From NCBI GenBank assembly GCA_963714015.1, contig OY970223.1, positions 576,001-640,000 on the forward strand: 64,000 nucleotides of DNA. The letters run 5' to 3'. Shown piece after piece: positions 19,969 to 28,288 of this stretch; within the stretch, counting starts at the first letter, position 1, and every line of letters starts with the position of its first letter. Under the pieces are notes generated by a model that had not been told where the DNA came from, did not search any database, and worked only from the letters and a program-made list of their open reading frames with translations. Source of the DNA: Vulcanimicrobiota bacterium (GTDB lineage: Bacteria; Vulcanimicrobiota; Vulcanimicrobiia; Vulcanimicrobiales; Vulcanimicrobiaceae). A program made the translations under genes and the position numbers.

Positions 19969-20300
19969 GACTTCTCCTCGCCGGCTTCCGCACCCAGCTG
20001 CTTCTTCGCCTCAGCGATCAGCTTTTTGACTTTCTGACCGCCCTTGTGGCCGATTTCCTCGTAGAAGTCGGCCCCGTATTTTTCCTTGACCACCTTACCG
20101 CCTTTTTGGCCGATGCTCTCGTAGAACTCGACACCGTGGCGCTGACGGGTGGCCTGCCCTCCCTTGCGACCTATCTCCTCGTAAAAGCCCGAGCCATAGC
20201 GGTCTCGGACGGTGTTCCCGCCCTTTTTGCCGGCCTCACGCACCGACATTTCGCCACCCGGCTGCTTGTCGTCCGGCTCGCCTTTGGTGGGTTTTGCCAT
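19965..20300 (-). CDS. KGG-repeat general stress protein (GsiB/Em, group 1 LEA-like)
   Basis: MSVREAGKKGG plus three FYExIG(R/Q/H)KGG repeats at 22-aa or shorter spacing. Confidence 0.88.
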   Translation of the reverse strand: MAKPTKGEPDDKQPGGEMSVREAGKKGGNTVRDRYGSGFYEEIGRKGGQATRQRHGVEFYESIGQKGGKVVKEKYGADFYEEIGHKGGQKVKKLIAEAKKQLGAEAGEEKS

Positions 20301-20335
20301 GAAGTTGTCCCCGGAAAAAGCTTAGTTTGAAAAGT

Positions 20336-20554
20336 CTAGTTACTCTTGCGTTTTAGCTTCTGGCCGCCCTTTTGGCCGATGACCTCGTAAAACGAGGGAC
20401 CGTACTTTTCCTTGGTCGCCTCGCCGCCCTTGCGGCCGATCGCCTCGTAGAATTCGGTTCCGTATTTCGCCTTAACGCGCTCTCCACCGCGTTTTCCGGC
20501 TTCACGGACCGTCATACCCCCGCCGGGGCCGTTTTGGGGTTCTTGCATCGCCAT
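20336..20554 (-). CDS. KGG-repeat general stress protein (GsiB/Em-like), shorter paralogue
   Basis: MTVREAGKRGG, FYEAIGRKGG, FYEVIGQKGG; GAGGTG RBS upstream. Confidence 0.88.
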   Translation of the reverse strand: MAMQEPQNGPGGGMTVREAGKRGGERVKAKYGTEFYEAIGRKGGEATKEKYGPSFYEVIGQKGGQKLKRKSN

Positions 20555-20646
20555 GCTGGTTTCGCACCTCAAAGTGAGAAATGGTCGTCGAGTAAATACC
20601 CACTCGACCGCCTGTTAAACGAAGCAGCAGACAGGACTATTGCTCA

Positions 20647-22185
20647 GTGCTATCGACGGTGCTCCGGAACGCCGCAATACTCGACGGAACCGGGCGAACA
20701 GCTTATACCACAGATGTCGGGCTTTCAGGCGATCGAATTGCACTGATCGGCGATCTCTCCGATCGTGAAGCCGTCGAAAACATCGACTGCAGCGGAAAAA
20801 CATTGGCGCCCGGATTCATCGACGTCCACTCTCACAGCGACGAGCTCTGGCTGACGCTGCCGCGTTGCGACGGAAAAATTGCGCAGGGCGTCACCACCGA
20901 GATCGGCGGCAACTGCGGAACGTCGGTCGCACCCGTGCGGGACAGCTCCGCACAGTGGAAATCCCTGGACGAATTTTTCGGGATCGTCGAACGGAACGGT
21001 GTGGCGCTGAACGTCGCGACCCTTGCCGGATTGGGAAGCACGCGCCGCGCCGTGGCCGGCGATTCCGAGCACCGTTTGGAAAAGACCGAACTTGCCGCGC
21101 AAGCGAATCTCGTCCGCGAACTCTGCGAACAGGGCGCGCTCGGCGTATCGAGCGGCCTCATCTACCCGCCCTCGAGCTATGCGGATACCGCGGAGCTGGC
21201 GGCTATGGCCGCCGCCGCGCGCCAAGCCGGGGCGCCGCGCTACGCCTCGCACCTGCGTGACGAGGGCGACGGCGTCATCGACGCGGTCGAGGAGGCTCTC
21301 GAGATCGGACGCCAAGCCGAAGTCATCGTCGAGTGTTCGCATCACAAAGCCGCCGGCAAACGCAATTGGGGCAAGGTACATGCGACGCTGCAGCTGATCG
21401 AAGCAGCGCGAAGCCGCGGCTTGGAAGTCTATTGTGACGTGTATCCCTACGTTGCAAGCTGGACGGATCTGGCGACGCTCCTTCCGCCCCAAGCACGGTT
21501 CGGCGGACTGGATGCAACGCTCGAGCGGCTGGCCGATCCGCCGAGCGCCGAGGCGATCGCGCTGTATCTGAATCTGCGCAACGCCGATTGCTGGCACGAC
21601 GTGATGATTACGGACGCCGGAAGTGAGAAGAACAGCGCGCTCGCCGGCCTGCGGCTTGACGAAATCGGCCGCCGCGTGCGGTTGACGCCGGCGCGCGCGG
21701 TCATCCGGCTGCTGCTGGAGGAGCGGCTCGAGGTGGGCGCGGTGTTCTTCACGATGAACGAAGAAGACGTCGCGACAGTGCTTTCAGCGGGGTTTTGCTG
21801 CGTCGGCAGCGATGCGTCGGTCCGCGCCCTCCAAGGACCGACTGCTCGAGGCGTGCCCCACCCGCGCACGTTCGGCACCTTCCCCCGAATCTTCGGACGA
21901 TTCGTTCGTCAGCGGCGCACGCTGGATTTGCCGGAAGCGGTTCGGCGCATGACCTCGCTGCCTGCGTCGATCTTCGGCCTGCAAGATCGCGGCATCGTCG
22001 CGGCAGATAAGTTTGCGGATTTGGTCGTCTTCGACGCGGAGCGCGTTCGCGATACGGCGACGTACGAGGCGCCGTACAGTCTTCCCACCGGAATAGAGCA
22101 CGTCTTCGTGAACGGGCGCGCGGTCCTGCGCAACGGTTCCTTCACCGCCGATCGGCCGGGACGCGTCCTGCGCGGCGGCAAGTAA
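20647..22185 (+). CDS. N-acyl-D-amino-acid deacylase (amidohydrolase family)
   Basis: PGFIDVHSHSD, GVTTEIGGNCG, SHLRDE, SHHK, GSD, HPRTFGTFPR. Confidence 0.9.
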   Translation: MLSTVLRNAAILDGTGRTAYTTDVGLSGDRIALIGDLSDREAVENIDCSGKTLAPGFIDVHSHSDELWLTLPRCDGKIAQGVTTEIGGNCGTSVAPVRDSSAQWKSLDEFFGIVERNGVALNVATLAGLGSTRRAVAGDSEHRLEKTELAAQANLVRELCEQGALGVSSGLIYPPSSYADTAELAAMAAAARQAGAPRYASHLRDEGDGVIDAVEEALEIGRQAEVIVECSHHKAAGKRNWGKVHATLQLIEAARSRGLEVYCDVYPYVASWTDLATLLPPQARFGGLDATLERLADPPSAEAIALYLNLRNADCWHDVMITDAGSEKNSALAGLRLDEIGRRVRLTPARAVIRLLLEERLEVGAVFFTMNEEDVATVLSAGFCCVGSDASVRALQGPTARGVPHPRTFGTFPRIFGRFVRQRRTLDLPEAVRRMTSLPASIFGLQDRGIVAADKFADLVVFDAERVRDTATYEAPYSLPTGIEHVFVNGRAVLRNGSFTADRPGRVLRGGK

Positions 22186-22211
22186 CGCGAAAGCGTCGAA
22201 CGGAAAGCAGC

Positions 22212-22841
22212 ATGTACGTACCGCCGCACTTTTCAGAAACCGATCCCGCTCGCATCCTCGGCTTCATAAAAGCGCGGCCGTTCGGTTTACTGATCTCCAT
22301 TATCGATGAGAAACCGTTTGCGACCCACGTGCCGTTCGTGGTTCTGAACGAAGGCAGCGATCTCGTCCTGGGCGCGCACGTCGCCCGCGCGAACGCACAG
22401 TGGCGCTCGATTCAGAATGCTGCCGTGCTGGCCGTTTTTGAAGGCGCGCACGCGCACGTCTCGGCCGCGTGGTACGAACATCCCGAGAAGACCGTACCCA
22501 CATGGAACTACGCTGCCGTGCATTGCTCGGGGCGGGCCGAAACGGCGAGCGTGGACGAAACGCGCGCAATCTTGGATCGGCTCGTGAACGAAAACGAAGG
22601 TCCTGCCGGATGGACGATGCAGACGGCGCCGCAAGCGTACATCGAACAGATGCTTCAGGCAATCGTGGGAATTCGCATCGCGGTCGAGCGGGTCGACGCT
22701 CAGTTCAAATATAGTCAAAACCGGACCGAGTACGATCGTGCTCGCGTGATGGCGCATTTGGCGGATTCAAGTAATCCGGAAGCGCGCGCGCTGGCCCGCG
22801 ACATGCGGGCGTACTACGTTCCCGAACCGCCGCCCGCGTGA
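22212..22841 (+). CDS. PaiB-like FMN-binding negative transcriptional regulator family protein
   Basis: MYVPPHF, ATHVPF, HVARAN, VPTWNY.AVH, KYSQN. Confidence 0.9.
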   Translation: MYVPPHFSETDPARILGFIKARPFGLLISIIDEKPFATHVPFVVLNEGSDLVLGAHVARANAQWRSIQNAAVLAVFEGAHAHVSAAWYEHPEKTVPTWNYAAVHCSGRAETASVDETRAILDRLVNENEGPAGWTMQTAPQAYIEQMLQAIVGIRIAVERVDAQFKYSQNRTEYDRARVMAHLADSSNPEARALARDMRAYYVPEPPPA

Positions 22842-24934
22842 AAGACGTACTTGACGATGAGGCGATGAAGCGTCTGCACTGCGGCGGGCGTTCCATACTC
22901 CAAGTAGAGCAAGTCCTGGTTCGGAAAACGCTTCTGGTAGAGCAGCGAGAAGTTGGTGCCGGGGAGCGCAAATCCACCCGTTCCGTTGATCGATCGCAGC
23001 GCGATGCCGATCGACGAATCGTGACCGAACGAGCGCGAGACCGTTAGCCGGCGCAGCCACTGCGAATTGAAGATCGGTCCGCCGGCACTCGTCCGTTCGA
23101 TATTGCCGTCGTATTCGATTGCGGCGTCGTACGCGCCGAACACGCGGGTAGCGCCCGCATTGGTCTGCTGGACGTAAAATCCTGAGAACGGCCCCCACGT
23201 GTAGCCGAGCGTGACGGGCTGCGGCGTAGACTCGCGGTAGCCCAGCTGAATCTGCCGCCGGTTGAACGAGTCGATGACGCCCGGCGCGACCTGCAGTTCG
23301 CTTGGGCCGAAGAAACCTTGCAGCGAGACCAAATCGCGAAACTGCAGATTGTAGAATGCGTTGATATCGGCTTCGTGCACGCTGCCGTCCGTGGCCAAAT
23401 ACCGATCGCTCGTAACGCTGGCGGTGTACGAGAGAACCGGGCTGCGCGCCGATCCCGTGCCGTTGTATCCGGCCGTCAGCGCCGGGCCGCGCGCATCGTT
23501 GATTGCGGTGTAGCCGTCGATCGGACCGTATCCGGGTGACGTATCGCGATAGAATGCCGCCAAATTGAAATGCTGGTTGTGCAGCCCCTCGGTGACGTTG
23601 AAGTCGTGCGCCGCGCCTGTGAGCGTGTTGCTCTCGCTCGCAAACTCAACCTGCGTAGTCTCCCCCGAATGCGGATTGATGCGCGCGAGGCCGTAGCCGC
23701 CGGTCTCGTCCCGGACCCCGTCGTGATTCGCGACGACGTCTTCAGTGCTTACGCCCGCATCGCCGTTGGGCGTGGTAAACGCATATCCGAGCGCGTCGTC
23801 ATCCAAGCCCGGGCCCACCACGTTCAACAAGCCCACCGCGTTCTGGCCGGCCGTGCCTTCGACTTTGAGACCGCGATTGAATATTCCGATCGACGGCGTG
23901 TAGAACATCGAGCTTCCGCCAAAGGCACCGATCTGCGGAACGGCATTGATGTACTGCGCGCCTTGGGAGAAAAACGGCCGGTACTCTTGGTAGGCCTTCT
24001 GGAATTCCTGCGGCTGAATCGAGGTCTGATCTTCTTCGACGTTCGAAAAATCCGGATTCAGCGTGCCTACGAACGCCAGCGTATTCGTAAATGGATACGT
24101 TACGTCCAGGCCCGCCACACGAGGAGACTGCTGCTGAAACTCGCCGATCCCGTTTTGAAAAACGTTGCGCTGAGATCCGGCGCTCTCGAGAACGAAGGCG
24201 TCGGCCTGCGGTTTGGGTCTGGCGGCGGAAGCAATGCGTATCTGCGTCAGCCACGGCCAAAATTGCACGGACGTCGTGTTCTGCATCACCGGCTGGTACG
24301 CCCAAGTGTAATCCACGTTTCGCGCCGCAATGAATCGTTCAAAGTTGAACCGCCACTGTTGGACGGGTGCGGCTTGCGCCCGGATGTCGCTGAGCGGAAT
24401 GACCATCATGACGTCGTAGTCTCCGCTGCGTCCGACGCTCGCGAGCGACTGCCACGGCGGAGCGTACCGTGTGTTCTCGGACGAGGACTCGTCGTGAATC
24501 CCGATGGGATTGACGCGGAACGTGTAGGTGCGCGACCCGTTGCCGGACGTATCGATGTCGAAGCTGACGTGGTCGTCGCTGCCGACTCCTGCGTGATCGA
24601 TGCGCTGCGCGGCGGTTATCGGAACGCCGCCTTGCGCGCAGTGAAACGCGACGTACAGATTCGTGTCGTCGTACAGGAAGTACGCCGTCGTCGCGTATTC
24701 GGCGGCGCGGCGATTGCTGAAGTCGATGAAGTCCCGCGCGGTGAGCGCCCGCTGCCACACCGGCGCGGTTGCAACGGCACTGAGCGGCGGCGGCGAAGAG
24801 GTCTTGACGGCCGGAAAGTGACCGGCCGAGGAAACGAACGCGAGCGCTGCAGCGGGAGCAAAGAAAAAGCCGGCGGCCCCGGCAAAACGCAGTCCGCGCC
24901 ATGCTTTACACGGCATCAATTTGGCACTCTTCAA
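22814..24934 (-). CDS. Secreted CBM9-like/DUF5916-type protein with probable outer-membrane beta-barrel C-terminus
   Basis: YDDTNLYVAF..., F.VNP.G, M.IPLS, TLNPDFSNVEED, EYRPFF motifs. Confidence 0.7.
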   Translation of the reverse strand: MKSAKLMPCKAWRGLRFAGAAGFFFAPAAALAFVSSAGHFPAVKTSSPPPLSAVATAPVWQRALTARDFIDFSNRRAAEYATTAYFLYDDTNLYVAFHCAQGGVPITAAQRIDHAGVGSDDHVSFDIDTSGNGSRTYTFRVNPIGIHDESSSENTRYAPPWQSLASVGRSGDYDVMMVIPLSDIRAQAAPVQQWRFNFERFIAARNVDYTWAYQPVMQNTTSVQFWPWLTQIRIASAARPKPQADAFVLESAGSQRNVFQNGIGEFQQQSPRVAGLDVTYPFTNTLAFVGTLNPDFSNVEEDQTSIQPQEFQKAYQEYRPFFSQGAQYINAVPQIGAFGGSSMFYTPSIGIFNRGLKVEGTAGQNAVGLLNVVGPGLDDDALGYAFTTPNGDAGVSTEDVVANHDGVRDETGGYGLARINPHSGETTQVEFASESNTLTGAAHDFNVTEGLHNQHFNLAAFYRDTSPGYGPIDGYTAINDARGPALTAGYNGTGSARSPVLSYTASVTSDRYLATDGSVHEADINAFYNLQFRDLVSLQGFFGPSELQVAPGVIDSFNRRQIQLGYRESTPQPVTLGYTWGPFSGFYVQQTNAGATRVFGAYDAAIEYDGNIERTSAGGPIFNSQWLRRLTVSRSFGHDSSIGIALRSINGTGGFALPGTNFSLLYQKRFPNQDLLYLEYGTPAAVQTLHRLIVKYVFHAGGGSGT

Positions 24935-25124
24935 GGCGACTCCATGCTGCTTATCGCTATACTACTCCGGCGCGTGACTGAGCGCTATGCGTTACCACAG
25001 GGTGTGCCAAGCAGCCCGAGGGTCGCGCGGGCGGCGAGAGAACGCGTTTAGGGTTCTGGGCGGCGGTGGAATACTGAGAGAGTCAAGACAAGACAGAGGT
25101 TTAGTCCAATGGCTTAGCTCTGGA

Positions 25125-25153
25125 ATGAAGGACCGGTCATGCCGGTCCTTCAT
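25125..25153. terminator. Perfect 12-bp hairpin at the coaE stop codon
   Basis: ATGAAGGACCGG-TCATG-CCGGTCCTTCAT; no clear U-tract. Confidence 0.5.
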
Positions 25154-25752
25154 GCACTCCTCGGCTTATTCACTTGGGCCGCAATAGTATCGTAGACGCC
25201 GCGCGTTCGCGCTCTGAGATGGGCAAGGTCGCCGTCGTTCTCGATGCAATACGTTGCGCGCAGGCGCGCTTGATCCGGCGGAATTTGTGCCGCGATACGG
25301 GCGCGCACTTGAGAGTCGCTCATTCGATCCCGTTTGACGACGCGTGCGATGCGCGCCTCTTCCGGGGCGATAACCACGATGGAGGCGTCGACGCGCTGGT
25401 CGTAACCCGTTTCGAACAGCAGCGGAACCACGTGGACGATCAGCTGCTCGGCACGCGCGTAGCGCTCGGCGTCTTCCGCCAAACGCCGGACGTGCGGATG
25501 AACGATCGCATTTAGGCGGTCTCGCGCAGTCGGATCGTGAAAGACGATTTCGGCGAGCGCCGCGCGATCGAGCCAGTCGTCGCGCACAACCCGCGGCCAT
25601 ACACGGGCGATCTGCCGCAAACCATCACTGCCGGGCGCAACCGCTTCGCGCGCCAGTTTGTCCGTGTCGATGATGTAGGCACCCAGTGATTCGAGGATCC
25701 GCGCGACCTCGCTCTTCCCCGATCCGATGCCCCCGGTAAGTCCGACTCTCAT
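25150..25752 (-). CDS. coaE: Dephospho-CoA kinase
   Basis: GLTGGIGSGKS, LDRAALAEIVF, LNAIVHP, PLLFE, IENDG. Confidence 0.95.
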   Translation of the reverse strand: MRVGLTGGIGSGKSEVARILESLGAYIIDTDKLAREAVAPGSDGLRQIARVWPRVVRDDWLDRAALAEIVFHDPTARDRLNAIVHPHVRRLAEDAERYARAEQLIVHVVPLLFETGYDQRVDASIVVIAPEEARIARVVKRDRMSDSQVRARIAAQIPPDQARLRATYCIENDGDLAHLRARTRGVYDTIAAQVNKPRSA

Positions 25753-25792
25753 AAAGAAAGAGTGCCACCGCTTCGACGCGGCGGCACTCTTT
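25753..25792 (-). terminator. Rho-independent terminator downstream of rpsA
   Basis: Minus strand AAAGAGTGCCGCCGC-GTCGAA-GCGGTGGCACTCTTT-CTTT: stem with one G-U pair ending in a U-rich tract. Confidence 0.75.
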
Positions 25793-25812
25793 ACTTGTGA
25801 CGGGGATGCCGT

Positions 25813-26967
25813 TTATTCGGCGGGCGCCGGCAACTCGTCGGCAATCGTGCCCACGCCTTCTTCGTCGACGACGTATTTCTCGATCTCCTCGGGCGGAATA
25901 TCCGCAACGTGCTGGATCGAGGCCGTGATGCGACGCGTCGAGTGGTTGATCGTCAGCAGCGTCACTTCCACTTCTTGTCCGGGGCTGAACTGGGCACCCG
26001 GATCGAACTCGCCCTTGGGCACCATCGCAAGCACGCCGGGAACGATCTCGACGAGGAGATAGTTCGGCGTGACTTTCACGATTTGAGCCGTGAGTTTGTT
26101 CGTTTCGTAGAGCTTGTCCGCATGCTGATCCCAAGGATCCGGAAGCGTGTGTTTGAGCGACAAGCTGACCTTTTTGGCTTCGGCGTCGAATTTCATGATC
26201 TCGACGTTGACGACGTCGCCGATCTTGACGACTTCGGACGGATGCTTGATTCGCGCGTAGCTCAGTTCGCTGTTGTGAATCAATCCGTCGATGCCGCCCA
26301 AGTCCACGAAAGCCCCGAACTCGGCAAGACGCACGACGACGCCCTCGCGAATTTGGCCCACCTCGAGCGTGCCCAACAGTTCTTGCTTCTTGGCGTTGAG
26401 CTCTTCTTCGAGAACCAGACGCTGAGAAAGCACGACGCGATGGCGCTTGTGATCCAGATCGATGACCTTCAGGCGAAGCCGCTTACCGATCAGTTCGTCC
26501 AGATTGCCCACCGGCTGCCGGCGTATCTGCGAGGCAGGAACGAATCCGCGCATGCCAAGGTCGACAAGCACGCCGCCTTTGACGACCTGCGTGACGGTTG
26601 CTTCGATCACTTCGTCGCGATCGTGCGCTTCGATGACCTTCTCCCAAGTTTTGAGCGCGCGCGCCCGCCGCTCGGACAGGAACAGCGTACCGTCTTGATC
26701 GTCGATGCGATGGATCATCACCTCGAGCGTATCGTTGACTTTGAGATCTTTGGGTTCGATCGCGAGGGAGAGCTCGCGGAAGGGCAAAACGCCTTCCGAC
26801 TTGCCGCCGATGTCTACCAGCAGTTCGTCCTGGTACTTGGCAACGATGAGGCCGTTGAGGACTTGGCCTTCGTCGAGGACTTTGAGGGATTCTTCGTAGA
26901 GGCGCTGCTCGAGTGCAAGTTGATCTTCTTCTTCGTGTTGCACCGGAGCGATGTCAGTCGTAGAGAT
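25813..26967 (-). CDS. rpsA: 30S ribosomal protein S1, four-S1-domain type (probable ATC start at 26967; GTG alternative at 26943)
   Basis: LVDIGGKSEG, GFVPASQ, FGAFVDLGGIDGLIH.SELS repeats; polA-mutM-rpsA-coaE context. Confidence 0.92.
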   Translation of the reverse strand: MSTTDIAPVQHEEEDQLALEQRLYEESLKVLDEGQVLNGLIVAKYQDELLVDIGGKSEGVLPFRELSLAIEPKDLKVNDTLEVMIHRIDDQDGTLFLSERRARALKTWEKVIEAHDRDEVIEATVTQVVKGGVLVDLGMRGFVPASQIRRQPVGNLDELIGKRLRLKVIDLDHKRHRVVLSQRLVLEEELNAKKQELLGTLEVGQIREGVVVRLAEFGAFVDLGGIDGLIHNSELSYARIKHPSEVVKIGDVVNVEIMKFDAEAKKVSLSLKHTLPDPWDQHADKLYETNKLTAQIVKVTPNYLLVEIVPGVLAMVPKGEFDPGAQFSPGQEVEVTLLTINHSTRRITASIQHVADIPPEEIEKYVVDEEGVGTIADELPAPAE

Positions 26968-26996
26968 TGTGTATTTCCTACCTTAATTTAAAATTT

Positions 26997-27809
26997 TTAT
27001 TTTTGACAGTTGCGGCACCACCAGGTCCCGCGCCCGGCGACGACCGTTCGCACGATCCCGCCTTTGCAACGCGGACATTTCCGGCCCGCTTTTCCGTACA
27101 CCGAAAGCACGTTCTGAAACCCGCCCTTCATGCCTTCGGAATCCACGTAATCGTCGATACTGCTGCCGCGCAGCGCTACTGCGCGATTTAAAACCTCGAC
27201 GACCGCGTGATGCAGACGGCGAATGGCCGGCTTACTGAGGGATTTCGCTGGTTTTCCAGGACGTATCCCGGCTTTCCAAAGCGCTTCGCAAGCATAGATG
27301 TTACCTATACCCGCAACGCGCCGCTGATCGAGGAGCAAGACCTTGATCGGCGTCGTCCGCCCCGAAAGCATACCGATAAAGCCGTCCGGAGTAAAGTCCC
27401 CGGAAAGGGGCTCCGTGCCGAGAGCGGCATCCCAGGCCTCCTCCGCCTCCACCAGACGCATGCGTCCGAACTGCCGCACATCCGCGAAAACCAGACGGCT
27501 TTTGTCGCTTAGCTCAAGCGTGATATACCCATAAGGGTACGGCGGATCGCTTGGCCCAAGCACCACGAGGCGGCCGGTCATACGTAAACCGGTGACCAAT
27601 TTACGCCCGGAATGCAGCCGGATAACCGCATACTTTCCGCGGCGATCTACCGCTTCGATGCGCTCGCCGGTGACGGCTCGCTCGAAGTCCACACCGGCGG
27701 GCGAGACGGCCATCTTCTTTAATAACACGTGAACCGCGCAAATGGTTGTGCCGGGAAGCGTCCGCCGAAGGCCGCGAACGATCGTTTCCACTTCGGGCAA
27801 CTCCGGCAT
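26997..27809 (-). CDS. mutM: Formamidopyrimidine-DNA glycosylase
   Basis: MPELPEV, RRGK, D.RQFG, GIGNIYA, C-terminal CPRC...CRNC zinc finger. Confidence 0.96.
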   Translation of the reverse strand: MPELPEVETIVRGLRRTLPGTTICAVHVLLKKMAVSPAGVDFERAVTGERIEAVDRRGKYAVIRLHSGRKLVTGLRMTGRLVVLGPSDPPYPYGYITLELSDKSRLVFADVRQFGRMRLVEAEEAWDAALGTEPLSGDFTPDGFIGMLSGRTTPIKVLLLDQRRVAGIGNIYACEALWKAGIRPGKPAKSLSKPAIRRLHHAVVEVLNRAVALRGSSIDDYVDSEGMKGGFQNVLSVYGKAGRKCPRCKGGIVRTVVAGRGTWWCRNCQK

Positions 27810-27829
27810 ACCTTATTAGGACTGCTCCG

Positions 27830-28288
27830 TCATTTCGGCAAGTTTCGCACGCGGGCGCCCTGCCGGAGGCCGTCTTTGGCGGCCTCGCCCGCAGCAAGCT
27901 CGATCACGTACTTCGCGTTTCCTTGTTCTCGCGGTATCGCATCATCGGTCATCGTCTGCGGAACTACGGAGACGTTTGCGAAAACTTTGCGCACGATGCC
28001 GTTTTGCGCGATGAACACCATGTCGAGCGGAATGAGCGTGTCCTTCATCCAGAACGCCACCGGTCCGTCCGTATCGAAGACGAAGACCATACCGGTGTGC
28101 GGCTTGAGCGAAGTTACCGACATCAGACCGCGCTCGCGCTGATCCTCGGTCCGCGCCACTTGCAATCGAAGCGCCGCTTTGGGCGCACGGACGACGATGG
28201 CCGAAAGCGACTGGGGCGTCGGCAGCGGCGAAGGGGAAGGCGTAGGCGACAGCTGCAGGGCGAGCAGCGCCAAAATACTATAGATCAT
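27830..28288 (-). CDS. DUF192 family secreted protein
   Basis: RERGLM, GMVFVF, FWMKDTLIPLDMVFI, YVIELAAG. Confidence 0.9.
   Translation of the reverse strand: MIYSILALLALQLSPTPSPSPLPTPQSLSAIVVRAPKAALRLQVARTEDQRERGLMSVTSLKPHTGMVFVFDTDGPVAFWMKDTLIPLDMVFIAQNGIVRKVFANVSVVPQTMTDDAIPREQGNAKYVIELAAGEAAKDGLRQGARVRNLPK

Noticed and set aside
19990..20520. Roughly 66-nt periodic repeats that could look like a CRISPR array
   Set aside because: They are degenerate in-frame coding repeats of the KGG proteins; no identical repeats, spacers or cas genes.
23570..25051. Long antisense ORFs (493 aa here; also 25909..26991, 36464..37744, 48757..50259, 59934..61394)
   Set aside because: Shadows of well-supported genes on the opposite strand, as expected from GC-rich codon bias; no motifs.
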